Shown here: positions 25,101 to 36,580 of the stretch, piece by piece
How positions within the stretch are numbered: position 1 is the stretch's first letter
Layout: every line of letters begins with the position of its first letter
Source of the DNA: Squalus acanthias
Lineage: Eukaryota
Direction: 5' to 3'
DNA: 64,000 nucleotides
NCBI GenBank assembly: GCA_030390025.1
Contig: CM059438.1
Location: forward strand, 56,360,001-56,424,000
Translations under genes and position numbers: made by a program
Notes under the pieces: generated by a model
Database searches by the model: none
The model's input: only the letters and a program-made list of their open reading frames with translations
Told to the model about the DNA's origin: nothing

Positions 25101-27860
25101 CCAACTCTCCAACACTCCAACTCTCCCACACTCCAACTCTCAGACACTCCAACTCTCCCTCACTCCAACTCTCCCTCACTCCAATTCTCCCACACTCCAA
25201 CTCTCCGACACTCCAAATCTCCCACACTCCAACTCTCCCATACTCCATCACTCCGACACTCCAACTGTCCCACACTCCAACTGTCCCACACTCCAACTCT
25301 CCCTCACTCCAACTCTCCCGCACTCCAACTCTCTGACACTCCAACTCTCCCACACTCCAACTCTCCCACACTCTAACTCTCCCACACTCTAACTCTCCCT
25401 CACTCCAAATCTCCCTCACTCCTACTCTCCCTCACTCCAACTCTCCCACACTCCAACTCTCCCACACTCCAACTCTCCCACACTCCAACTCTCAGACACT
25501 CCAACTCTCCCTCACTCGAACTCTCCCTCACTCCAATTCTCCCACACTCCAACTCACCCACACTCCAACTCTCCCACACTCCAACTCTCCAACACTCCAA
25601 CTCTCCCACACTCCAACTCTCAGACACTCCAACTCTCCCACACTCCAACTCTCAGACACTCCAACTCTCCCTCACTCCAACTCTCCCTCACTTCAATTCT
25701 CCCACACTCCAACTCACCCACACTCCAACTCTCCCACACTCCAACTCTCCGACACTCCAAATCTCCCACACTCCAACTCTCGCACACTCCATCACTCCGA
25801 CACTCCAACTCACCCACACTCCAACTGTCCCACACTCCAACTCTCCCTCACTCCAACTCTCCCACACTCCAACTCTCCCACACTCCAACTCTCCCACACT
25901 CCAACTCTCCCACACTCCAACTCTCCCACACTCCAACTCTCCCACACTCCAACTCTCCGACACTCCAACTCTCCTCACTCCAACTCTCCACACTCCAACT
26001 CTCCGACACTCCAACTCTCCCGCACTCCAACTCTCCGACACTCCAACTCTCCCTCACTCCAACTCTCCCTCACTCCAACTCTCCCACACTCCAACTCTCC
26101 CACACTCCAACTCTCCCTCACTCCAACTCTCCCACACTCCAACTCTCCCACACTCCAACTCTCCCACACTCCAACTCTCCCACACTCCAACTCTCCCACA
26201 CTCCAACTCTCCCACACTCCAACTCTCCCACACTCCAACTCTCCCACACTCCAACTCTCCCACACTCCAACTCTCCCACACTCCAACTCTCCCTCACTCC
26301 AACTCTCCCACACTCCAACTCTCCGACACTCCAACTCTCCGACACTCCAACTCTCCCTCACTCCAACTCTCCGACACTCCAACTCTCCCACACTCCAACT
26401 CTCCGACACTCCAACTCTCCCACACTCCAACTCTCCGACACTCCAACTCTCCCACACTCCAACTCTCCCACACTCCAACTCTCCCACACTCCAACTCTCC
26501 CACACTCTAACTCTCCCACACTCCAACTCTCCCACACTCCAACTCTCCTACACTCCAACTCTCCCATACTCCAACACTCTGATACTCCAACTCTCCCTCA
26601 CACCAACTCTCCCACACTCCAACTCTCCGACACTCCAACTCACCCACACTCCAACTCTCTGACACTCCAACTCTCCCTCACTCCAACTCTCCCTCACACC
26701 AACTCTCCCACACTCCAACTCTCCCACACTCCAACTCTCCCTCACTCCAACTATCCCACACTCCAACTCTCCCACACTCCAACTCTCCCACAGTCCCACT
26801 CACCCACACTCCAACTCTCCCACACTCCAACTCTCCCACACTCCAACTCTCCCACACTCCAACTCTCCCACACTCCAACTCTCCCACACTCCAACACTCC
26901 GATACTCCAACTCTCCCTCACTCCAACTCTCCCACACTCCAACTCTCCGACACTCCAACTCTCAGACACTCCAACTCACCCGCACTCCAACTCTCTCACA
27001 CTCCAACTCACCCACAGTCCAACTCTCCGACACTCCAACTCTCCCACACTCCAACTCTCCGACACTCCAACTCTCCCACACTCCAACTCTCCCACACTCC
27101 AACTCTCCCACACTCCAACTCTCCCACACTCCAACTCTCCCACACTCCAACTCTCCCACACTCCAACTCTCCCACACTCCAACTCTCCCTCACTCCAACT
27201 CTCCCACTCTCCAACTCTCCCACACTCCAACTCTCCCACACTCCAACTCTCCCTCACTCCAACTCTCCCACACTCCAACTCTCCCACACTCCAACTCTCC
27301 CTCACTCCAACTCTCCCACACTCCAACTCTCCCACACTCCAACTCTCCCACACTCCAACTCTCCGACACTCCAACTCTCCGACACTCCAACTCTCCCTCA
27401 CTCCAACTCTCCCACACTCCAACTCTCCCACACTTCAACTCACCCTCACTACAACTCTCTGACACTCCAACTCACCCACAGTCCAACTCTCCAACACTCC
27501 AACTCTCCCACACTCCAACTCTCCGACACTCCAACTCACCCTCACTCCAACTCTCCCACACTCCAACTCTCCGACACTCCAACTCTCCCACACTCCAACT
27601 CTCCGACACTCCAACTCTCCCACACTCCAACTCTCCGACACTCCAACTCTCCCACACTCTAACTCTCCCACACTCTAACTCTCCCTCACTCCAAATCTCC
27701 CTCACTCCAACTCTCCCTCACTCCAACTCTCCCTCACTCCAACTCTCCCACACTCCCACTCACCAACACTCCAACTGTCCCACACTCCAACTCTCCCACA
27801 CTCCAACTCTCCCACACTCCAACTCTCCCACACTCTAACTCACCAACACTCCAGCACTCA
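16103..27860. repeat. 16-bp satellite (CCACACTCCAACTCTC)n, C-rich strand on +
   Basis: Tandem periodicity; homogeneous stretches alternate with a recurring variant-rich block of about 1 kb. Confidence 0.98.
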
Positions 27861-28617
27861 CTGGCTCGATATCTCCCCATACGTATCCGTACGTTTCAGA
27901 CACTCACACACACTAGGTGTCTTTAGAAGACTGGCTCTCATTCTTTCAAGGTCTGGTTATTCCAATTTCAACAACTTGCAGGCTTGTTCTGTAATATTAG
28001 CCGTCTACTGTAAGATTAGCTTGAGATTACACACTGACAGAATGGATCTCCGTTCTGTACACCAGGATCCGAGAGAGAACGTCTTGCTCTTACCTCGTGT
28101 TGACAGTGCAGGTGTGTACTGTAAACGCTTCTGAGGTCAGGCAATCTTTATCTCGATTCTCACTGGTCAAAGTATTGTGCTAGCTAGGCACTTGTAAACA
28201 CTCATCAAACCATATCAGCTTACCAATTAATATTTACCCACCTCTCCTGATAACTGGACAGAATGGCCATGATAAGGATTTGATTCTTTATTTGTTATCT
28301 AGTAAGTGATTGGGCTCTTAATTACTGAATCAGTACAGCTCCATTCTCAGCAGAGTCCCTCCTGGAGAATCTGCAGCAGGAGAGAGTATTAGACTGATGC
28401 AACACCCAAACAAGAATGGATTGCAAAACTGTCCCTTCAGCCAGACCCCTTACCTGCACCGCATGAAATAACAGGGGGACATACGGACACAATAAATGGT
28501 GTTGAACTAGCTGGGGGAAGTGCTGAAAGAGATGTGACAGGGGCAATGGCTGTGTAATGGAGAATGGACTGTGTACTGTGGCTAGAGTTGTGTCATGGAG
28601 GAATTGTCTCAGCAATG

Positions 28618-28822
28618 AGGTCAGTGTTTGGGAGGAGTGGAGTCTAGGAGACCCCAGGGTGGGGTCAGTGTGTGGGAGGAGTGGCGTCTATGAGAGTCCA
28701 GGGTAGGGTCAGTGTTTGTGAGGAGTGGAGTCTAGGAGAGTCCAGGGTGGGTCAGTGTGTGGGAGGAGTGGAGTCTATGAGACCCCAGGGTGGGGTCAGT
28801 GTGTGGGAGGAGTGGAGTCTAT
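28618..28822. repeat. 44-bp minisatellite, about 4.5 copies
   Basis: TCAGTGTGTGGGAGGAGTGGAGTCTAKGAGACCCCAGGGTGGGG repeats at 28621, 28665, 28709 and onward. Confidence 0.9.
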
Positions 28823-29670
28823 GGGCTGGATATTCTCAGCCCTGAGGAGGCGGGTATGGAGGCGGGACTGCCGGTTAAGTTGCAGAATTTGGGGACGGGT
28901 GGCAAACCCGCCCCCAACCCGCCTCCGTGCCCTCTTGCCAGGAGGCGGGAAGCCGTCCTGCCCTGGGTTCCATCTACTCGAGGCAGGAAAGGGATTAAAG
29001 CCTATTAACTGCCTGTTAACAGGTAGTTAACAGGCAGAAAATAGGATTATCCCCATTTTTCGTTCCGAAGTGCAGGCTTCCTGAACTTGGGGAACCCCAC
29101 CAGGGTGTAAGAGATGAGTAGGAGGTCTGTGGGGGTTGGAGGGGTCTGAAAGTGTGATGTAGAGGTGAGTGATGGGTGCAAGTGTGGAGTGGTAAGTATG
29201 TAAGGTGAGTGTAAAGTGTTAAAAAAATTTCACTTACCTTTGTTTCTGTCTAAAGCCTTCAGCCGCTGTGGAGCCGGAGTCCCGACATCTCCATTGTAGA
29301 TTTCACAGACTGGCTGTTGGATCCTCCGAACCAACAGCCAGGTGATTTCTGCAAAGTTGAAAGGTTTGATGAGTCCTGAACACAAAGACTCATCAAACTA
29401 CACAGAATGTCAGTGTTTGACATCTTCACAGAGCTGTCAAACGCTGATATTTCTTCTTTCAAAAAATCTTGACAGATGACACGTCATACGTTGACGTGTT
29501 CTGTCACTGACTTCCCCCTAATTGGCCTGCTGAGCCCGCCGGGCGGGCTTAACAAGGTCAATCAGGGGAAAATCCCATTGGTTGGCCAGAAGCTGATGGA
29601 GGCGGGACTGAAAGCCGGCAAGCAGCAGTCCTGCCTCCAAAGGCTTCCCATTGACAAAAGAATCCCCAGG
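28823..29670. mobile_element. Probable non-autonomous Harbinger-derived segment
   Basis: Starts GGGCTGGAT, like the TIR of the 41193-41896 MITE, with similar GGCGGG/CCCGCC subterminal motifs. Right end not resolved. Confidence 0.45.
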
Positions 29671-29885
29671 GTGGGACAGTAGCCGAAATTTGTCCCATTG
29701 CCAGGCGTGCAGATTTGGAGGCGTGTCAGTTGTAAAAGTTGCCGAAATTATGAGCACGTTGGGAACCCGTCGTCATCGCGCTGCCTCGTGCATTTAACTC
29801 AGGCGCATTTCCTAGAGCGCCATGACCTGGACAGCAGAGGTAGGTGACCTAATAGAAGTCATCAAAGTGCTTGTTGTGAGACCCT

Positions 29886-30147
29886 TGTGGCGGATTGCCA
29901 CCTAAAACGGGCATAATCCACTCTTCCGTCTGTGGACAAATTTCAAGCACCTTCCCCTTTAAGGCACATTACCTTTGAGGCAGAAGGGGGCGGGGCCTCA
30001 GGTTTTACCCGGAGAATTCTGGGAGTTTTTCCAGAGAATTCTGGGAGCAGCTTTCTCAGCCATTTTGTGTGCCATGCAGTGAATTAAAGTTTCTTGTTTT
30101 CCACATATGGATTCAGCCTCCATTCGTGTTTCGCGGCAGCCTCAACA
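29886..30147 (+). repeat. Gypsy 5' LTR (262 bp)
   Basis: Direct repeat of 34022-34261 plus an extra duplication of about 22 nt around GAGAATTCTGGGAG. Confidence 0.97.
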
Positions 30148-30148
30148 T

Positions 30149-30162
30149 TGGTGACCCCGACG
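30149..30162 (+). promoter_or_regulatory. Primer-binding site, tRNA-Trp
   Basis: TGGTGACCCCGACG, 1 nt after the LTR, complementary to the tRNA-Trp 3' end. Confidence 0.9.
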
Positions 30163-30187
30163 CTCAGAACGTATTCCGAGCACTGCA

Positions 30188-30712
30188 ATGGCGGACACGA
30201 ACGCAGTTTCCGTGAAACTGCCGGAGTTTTGGGAAAACCAGCCCGAAGCCTGGTTTCTCCAAGCTGAATCTCGCTTCCAGCTGCGAAATATCACCACAGA
30301 TGGGACGAAGTACGACAATCTCATCACATCACTCGGTAGCGCCGCAGTTTCCAAGGTTTGGACAACGCTGCAGAACCCACCAGAGGAAGGCAAGTACGCA
30401 CATCTCAGGACAGCGCTCCTTAAAAAATTTACGGCCTCGGCATATCAGCGAAACTGCCACCTCCTCGACCTTCCAGGCCTCGGTGATGCCTCACCGTCAG
30501 ACCTCCTCTCCCACATGCTCTCCCTCACCGACGAGAGCCCACCCGGATCCCTCTTCCGCACGCTGTTCATCCGCCAGCTCCCTCTCAGCATCCGCCCAGT
30601 GATCGTGGCGTCCGGCCTCACGAACCTGGAAGCCCTGGCCGATGAGGCCGACAAGCTGCTGTCCGCTCACTCCAGCCGCGACGTCACTCCGGACCTGGCA
30701 GCCAATGCCTAG
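30188..30712 (+). CDS. gag: Gypsy Gag N-terminal part; ends at an in-frame TAG
   Basis: KLPEFW..PEAWFLQAESRF motif; same frame as ORF 30764-32479. Confidence 0.85.
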   Translation: MADTNAVSVKLPEFWENQPEAWFLQAESRFQLRNITTDGTKYDNLITSLGSAAVSKVWTTLQNPPEEGKYAHLRTALLKKFTASAYQRNCHLLDLPGLGDASPSDLLSHMLSLTDESPPGSLFRTLFIRQLPLSIRPVIVASGLTNLEALADEADKLLSAHSSRDVTPDLAANA

Positions 30713-32400
30713 GCGCGCCCCTCACCATCCAGCACGCGGCCACAAGGGCCTGTCACCAGGCCCATGGGGCCTTCACGCCGCACTAACCCGGGCCACTGTT
30801 ACTACCACGCATGGTTCGGCGCCAGGGCACAACGGTGCACACCTCCCTGCTCTTTCAAGTCCGCCCCCGTTCCAGCCCCCGCGATGGCTGTGGGCCACGC
30901 GGGCTCCCTGCTGTTCGTCACGGATGACAAAACCGGCCGCCGGTTCCTGTGCGACACTGGGGCTCAGCACAGCATCATCCCGGCCTCCTCCCTCGACATC
31001 CAAAAGGGCGAACGAGGACCGGCGCTGGCTGCTGCTAACGGCTCGGAAATCCGGACGTATGGCACCCGGACAGTCACCCTCGACCTCGCTGGTCACCGCT
31101 ACCGATGGGAGTTCATCACTGCCAAGGTGCTCTCCCCCCTCATCAGCGCAGATTTCCTGTGCGCCCACGGCCTACTGGTAGACATCCCTCGTCACCGCCT
31201 CGTAGACATGAACACCATGTCCCCCATCCTGGGCGCCATGGCCCCCCGTCAACCCGCCGACATGGCGTCACAGTGCCACGCTCGGGCCACGGATGACTAC
31301 TCGGCACTCCTGGCCAAATTCCCGGCCCTAACCAATCCGACCTTCTCCGCGGAGGCCGCCAAACATGGGGTGGAACACTTCATCCCCACCACAGGCCCCC
31401 CAGTGTACGCCCACGCCTGCAGGCTGGACCCGGCCAAACTGGAGATCGCGCGGACTGAGTTTGCCACCATGGAACAGCTCGGCATCATCCGCCGCTCCAA
31501 CAGTCCCTGGGCCTCCCCACTCCACATCGCCCCCAAACCAGGCGGAGGTTGGCGCCCCTGCGGGGATTACCGCCGCCTCAATGACGCCACCACTCCTGAT
31601 CGGTACCCCGTGCCGCACATTCAGGACTTCTCGGCTAGACTGGCCGGCCGCTCAGTCTTTTCCAAGGTCGACCTGGTGCGCGGCTACCACCAAGTCCCCG
31701 TCCACCCCGCGGACGTCCCCAAGACGGCCGTAATCACCCCCTTCGGCCTGTTCGAGTTCCTGCGTATGCCCTTCGGCCTCAAAAACGCGGCCCAGGCATT
31801 CCAACGGCTCATGGACTCGGTCCTTCGGGACCTGAAGTTCCTGTTCGTCTACCTGGACGACATCCTGGTAGCCAGTTCCTCCAAGCAGGAACACCTCGAA
31901 CACCTTCGCATCCTGTTCGGGCGCCTCAGCGACCACGGGCTCATCCTCAGCCCAGCCAAATGCCAGTTCAGCCTGGACAAGATCGACTTCCTCGGCCACC
32001 ACATCACCCATGCTGGGGCCATTCCCCTGCCCACCAAGGTGCAGGCCGTCCAACAATTTCCCCGCCCCACCACCATCAAAGGCCTCCAGGAGTTCCTCGG
32101 GATGGTGAATTTCTATAACCGCTTCATCCCCAAAGCGGCGTCCCTCATGAGGCCCCTGTATGAAGCCCTCCGGGGCAGGAGCGGCAAGATGGCGGTCGAA
32201 TGGACGGCAGACGCGTCCACCGCCTTCGATTCCACCAAGACCGCACTCGCCAACGCCACCCTGCTCGCGCACCCACGGCCCAATGCCAGGGTAGCGCTCA
32301 CCACGGATGCCTCCGACCATGCGGTCAGCGCCGTGTATGAGCAGTGGGTCGACGGCACCTGGCAACCACTTGCCTTCTTCAGTCGCCAACTACGTCCCCC
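30713..32400 (+). CDS. pol: Gypsy CHCC knuckle, aspartic protease, RT and RNase H N-part
   Basis: CYYHAWFGARAQRCTPPC, FLCDTGA, WRPCGDYRRLN, MPFGLKNA, YLDD, TDASD. Confidence 0.95.
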
Positions 32401-34001
32401 CGGAGGTCAAGTACAGCACCTTCGACCGCGAGCTCCTCGCGCTGTTCCTGGCGGTCCGCCATTTCCGGTTTTTGCTTGAGGGCCACCCCTTCACTGCGTT
32501 TGTCGACCACAAGCCCCTGACATTCGCAATGGCAAAGACAACCGACCCCTGGTCCGCCAGGCAGCAGCGCCAGCTCGCGGCTGTGTCCGAGTTCACCACG
32601 GACATCCAACACGTCTCCGGCCGAGACAATGTGGTAACGGACTGCCTCTCCCGCCCCGCCATCCACGCCGCACACCTAGCAGTCGACTACGCTCAACTCG
32701 CAGCAGACCAGATCACCGACCCTGATCTGCTCTCTGCACCCACCAACCTACCAGGGCTACGCCTGGCCGACTTCGCCTGTGGCCCGACCGCAGTCACGGT
32801 CAAGTGCGACATATCCCTATGTCAACCTCGGCCCGTCGTCCCAGCGTCCTGGCGCCACCGGGTATTTGACATTCTCCACAACCTCTCCCACCCCGGCGCC
32901 CGTGCATCCATCAAATTGGTAGCCAACCGCTTTGTCTGGCGCAGCCTTCGCAAGGATGTGCGTACTTGGGCCAACTCCTGCCTAGCCTGCCAACGGGCCA
33001 AGGTACAGCAACACACGAAAGCACCCCTCGAGGTGTTTACCGTCCCCTCGCGGAGATTCGACCACATCCACGTGGACATCGTCGGGCCCCTGCCACCGTC
33101 GCAAGGCCACACGCACTTGCTGACCATCGTTGACCGCACCACACGCTGGCCTGAGGCAATTCCACTGACCTCTACCACCACCGCCGACATCGCCAGAGCC
33201 TTCGTCAGCACCTGGGTCGCACGGTTCGGCGTCCCCTCCGACATGACGTCGGACAGAGGTCCGCAATTTACCTCTGAACTCTGGACCGCCGTCGCACGCA
33301 ATCTCGGGGTGACCATTCACCGCACCACAGCGTACCACCCCCAAGCCAACGGACTGTGTGAGCAGTTCCACAGATCCTTGAAGGCATCTCTTCGAGCCAG
33401 CCTCCAAAACGGCGCCTGGACCGACCGACTTCCGTGGGTCCTCCTCGGCCTGCGCACCGCGGTTAAAGAAGACCTCCACGCATCGGCAGCAGAGCTCGTG
33501 TACGGTCAGCCGCTGCGCGTACCCGGCGAGTTCCTGCCCACCGCCACGACACCCTGGTCAGCCGACCAGCAACGCCACGACTTCGCCTCACCGGCGCTGC
33601 AGTTCGCCCCGGTGCCCATTGCCGGACACGGCGAATCCACCTCACACGTCCCACTAAGCCTGCACCAGGCATGGTTTGTTTTCGTCCAGCACGACGCCCA
33701 CCGCGGACCCCTTCAACCCCCGTATGACAGGCCCTACAAGGTGCTACAGGCTGGGGACAAATTTTTCACCCTGCAAGTGGGCGACAGGACCGAAAAAGTG
33801 TCGGTTGACCGACTCAAGCCAGCACACTCGGAGCCCGGTGAGCAGGTCCCTGTAGCTCGTCCACCTCCACGCGGCCGACCTGCCCTCAAGCCGGTTCACC
33901 CGGCTGCTCCACGCCCGGCCGTTCCACGTCCACCGGCGTCCTACAAGAGCCGCTCCGGCCGGCCCATCAGACCGCCGCATCGTCTCATCCACACCTCCTA
34001 A
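32401..34001 (+). CDS. pol: Gypsy RNase H C-part and integrase (after a 1-nt frameshift)
   Basis: YSTFDRELLA, DHKPL, HHCC (HNLSHPG..CLAC), HVDIVGP, SDRG, YHPQANGLCE and a GPY/F-like PPYDRPY motif. Confidence 0.95.
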
Positions 34002-34021
34002 GCGGATTCTGGGGGGAGCTG

Positions 34022-34261
34022 TGTGGCGGATCGCCACCTAAAACGGGCATAATCCACTTTTCCGTCTGTGGACAAATTTCCAGCACCTTCCCCTTTAAGG
34101 CACCTTACCTTTAAGGCAGAAGGGGGCGGGGCCTCAGGTTTTACCCAGAGAATTCTGGGAGCAGCTTTCTCAGCCATTTTGTGTGCCATGCAGTGAATTA
34201 AAGTTTCTTGTTTTCCACATATGGATTCAGCCTCCATTCGTGTTTCGCGGCAGCCTCAACA
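34022..34261 (+). repeat. Gypsy 3' LTR (240 bp)
   Basis: Direct repeat of the 5' LTR; about five substitutions counted by eye. Confidence 0.97.
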
Positions 34262-34609
34262 CCCTGAACAGGGTTTTTAACCAGAGCTTTTGATTTTTAC
34301 TGGATGACCACGGGAATCACGTAGCTCGGAACCTCATCTGTCAACGTGAGGCAGAAGCTCAGTTGCCATTGTGCGAGGTCATTAATGGAGAGCATGGAAA
34401 TCCAAATAAATACTCCTACTTGACACCTGCTTACTTCCCTAAGGGAAAGGCTCTTGCTGACTCCATTTTGTGCACAGATTTAGGTGTCTACAGTTTGCAA
34501 GTCTTTTCTGCAACCTCGGAAGCGACTCTCACCACAGTGCTAGTAACTATCTCAACATTGACAGATTGGCCCCCTGATCTCTGCTTGACCTGCCATCTAT
34601 TACATCAAC

Positions 34610-35858
34610 ATGGGTGCCACTTACACTGTCTCACCTTGGTCCTCAGAATCAAACCAAGAGGAAACCCCAACACCAGCAGCACCAGGCACACCAGCAGCAG
34701 CAGCAGCAACACCAACAACCTTCTCAACGACCTGATGCTCCACAGGAGAGAGGGGTTCAGCGCAGGGCTGCACCGCACCGGAGGCGATACCCCCAACACA
34801 GGGTATACAGGAAGAGGATGAGCTTCCTCAACATGACTGAGCAGCAGTGCCAAAGGAGGTTTAGGCTATCGCGCCAGTTCATCACAGACATTTGTAGCTT
34901 ACTGGATCAAGACCTGCAGCCCAGAGGTATTGGTGGACACGCCTTACCAGTGGCTGTCAAAGTCACCACCACCCTCAAGTTCTTCGCCTCAGGCTCCTTC
35001 CACGAGTCTGCAGTAGACACTTGCAGCATCTCACAGTCGGCCGCCCACAGATGCATCACCCAGGTCACCGATGCCATGTTTAACAAGGCAGCCAATTATG
35101 TAAACTTTACCACTAATGAGAACAGTGTTACTGAGCGGGCACTCGACTTTGCAGCTCTGGCTGGCTTCCCACGGGTGCAGGGCATCATCGACTGCACACA
35201 TGTGTCCATCAGGGCAACCCTACATCACCCAGGAGTCTTTGTGAACCGAAAGGGCTTCCACTCCCTCAATGTGCAACTGGTTTGCAACCATAGGAAGATG
35301 ATCCTGCATGTGTGTGCCAAATTCCCTGGCAGCTGCCATGACTCTTTTGTGCTGCGCCAGTCCACCCTCCCTCAGCTCCTCACACCACCAAACACACTTT
35401 CCGGCTGGCTGCTTGGAGACAAGGGCTATCCACTAAAGACGTGGCTGATGACCCCTTTGAGGAGGCCAAATAATGAGGCCGAGGAGCGTTATAATGAAAG
35501 CCACATGTCCACCAGATGTGTCATAGAGCAAACAATAGGCATGCTGAGGCTGCGCTTCAGGTGCCTTGACAGATCTGGAGGAGCCCTTCAGTACGCACCA
35601 ACCAGGGTCTCTAGAATCATCGTCGTTTGCTGCGCGCTGCACAACATAGCACAGCAGCGAGGATTGGAGCTGCATGAGGAGCAAGGTGCACATCGCACAG
35701 CCTCTTCAGAGGAGGAGGAGGAGGAGGAGGAGCAACATCTGGAAGACGAGGAGGAGGAGGAGCAGGAGGAACCTGCAGTCCAGATGGCACCAGCAGTGGA
35801 GCACGTTGCTGCGGGCCCAGGAGGCCAGGGCTGGCCTCATCATGGCCAGATTTACTGA
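34610..35858 (+). CDS. Harbinger DDE transposase (HARBI1-like), core frame open
   Basis: [46 protein letters not shown] and an acidic tail. Probable frameshifts near the start (ATG 34610 is out of frame) and near the C-terminus. Confidence 0.92.
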
Positions 35859-36580
35859 ACTTCCTGCAATGCACCCATATGGCTGCCACATGCTGTGCCA
35901 AGTTCCCCCTCCAACAACACCATAAAGCATTATTACAATGACCAAGCCATTCCTTTCACACTGACCCCCATTGCTGGAGGTTACCTAATGTCTCACCATT
36001 CACTCCAACTCACAAAGCCACTTCCAAGGTAGCAGACAAAAAGTGGTGAAAATAGATACTTTTATATGTGTGATAACAGTAACGGAACCTTAACAAGAAT
36101 ACTTCTTTATACACCCATGTGCTTACCCTTGTGCAATTAGGATTGTGTCTTTTTTCTTTTATGCGTGCTTCTACGAGGTGCAACCCCTGTGGCTTCAGCA
36201 GAGGTATAGGCAGGCTGCTCACTTCCCTGCTGCGACTGTGGCAGACGTCCTCTGGGTTTTGGAGCCTGTGAGGGCCCCACCAAAGTCTGCTCCTCCTGCG
36301 ACTGTGCAGGGGCAGACTCGGCCGTCGCGATCCAAGGAAGCATGTGGGGCTCTAAGTGAGGGGAAGGCAACGGGGAAGAAGTGGGAGCGCTTTGAGAGGA
36401 GCCCCCACTTCCAAGTCCCCTCTCACCATCATCCCTCTCTCAAGGGCCACCCGCACTTCCCTGCTAGCAAGGAGCTGGAGAGCGTCTTGCTGCACAGCAG
36501 TAGGGCCATGAGGACCCAAGTCAACGTTTAGATCCCTCCTATAGAGGAGGTCTGTGAGCCTCTGCCATCTGTTCTCCATA

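Larger units (their letters stand above)
29886..34261 (+). mobile_element. Full-length Ty3/Gypsy LTR retrotransposon, CsRn1-like
   Basis: TG...CA LTRs at 29886-30147 and 34022-34261; 4-bp TSD CCCT (29882-29885 and 34262-34265); PBS; PPT GGGGGGAG at about 34011; domain order PR-RT-RH-IN. Confidence 0.97.

Noticed and set aside
4755..27705. Dozens of ORFs such as ESWSVGELECGRVGVW and HSNSPTLQLSHTPTLP
   Set aside because: Translations of the 16-bp satellite, some running through N gaps; not genes.
29238..29375. LIKPFNFAEITWLL resembling a receiver-domain or connexin TM4 end
   Set aside because: Similarity too short; upstream frame is closed; no other domain motifs.
30142..34237. Antisense and alternative-frame ORFs in the Gypsy; possible env or chromodomain
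   Set aside because: Shadow ORFs of GC-rich coding sequence; integrase ends about 20 nt before the 3' LTR, leaving no room for env, and no chromodomain motif is seen.
34610..35858. Host HARBI1 gene
   Set aside because: Lies in a transposon layout with a convergent Myb gene and a TIR, and has terminal frameshifts; not called as the domesticated gene.
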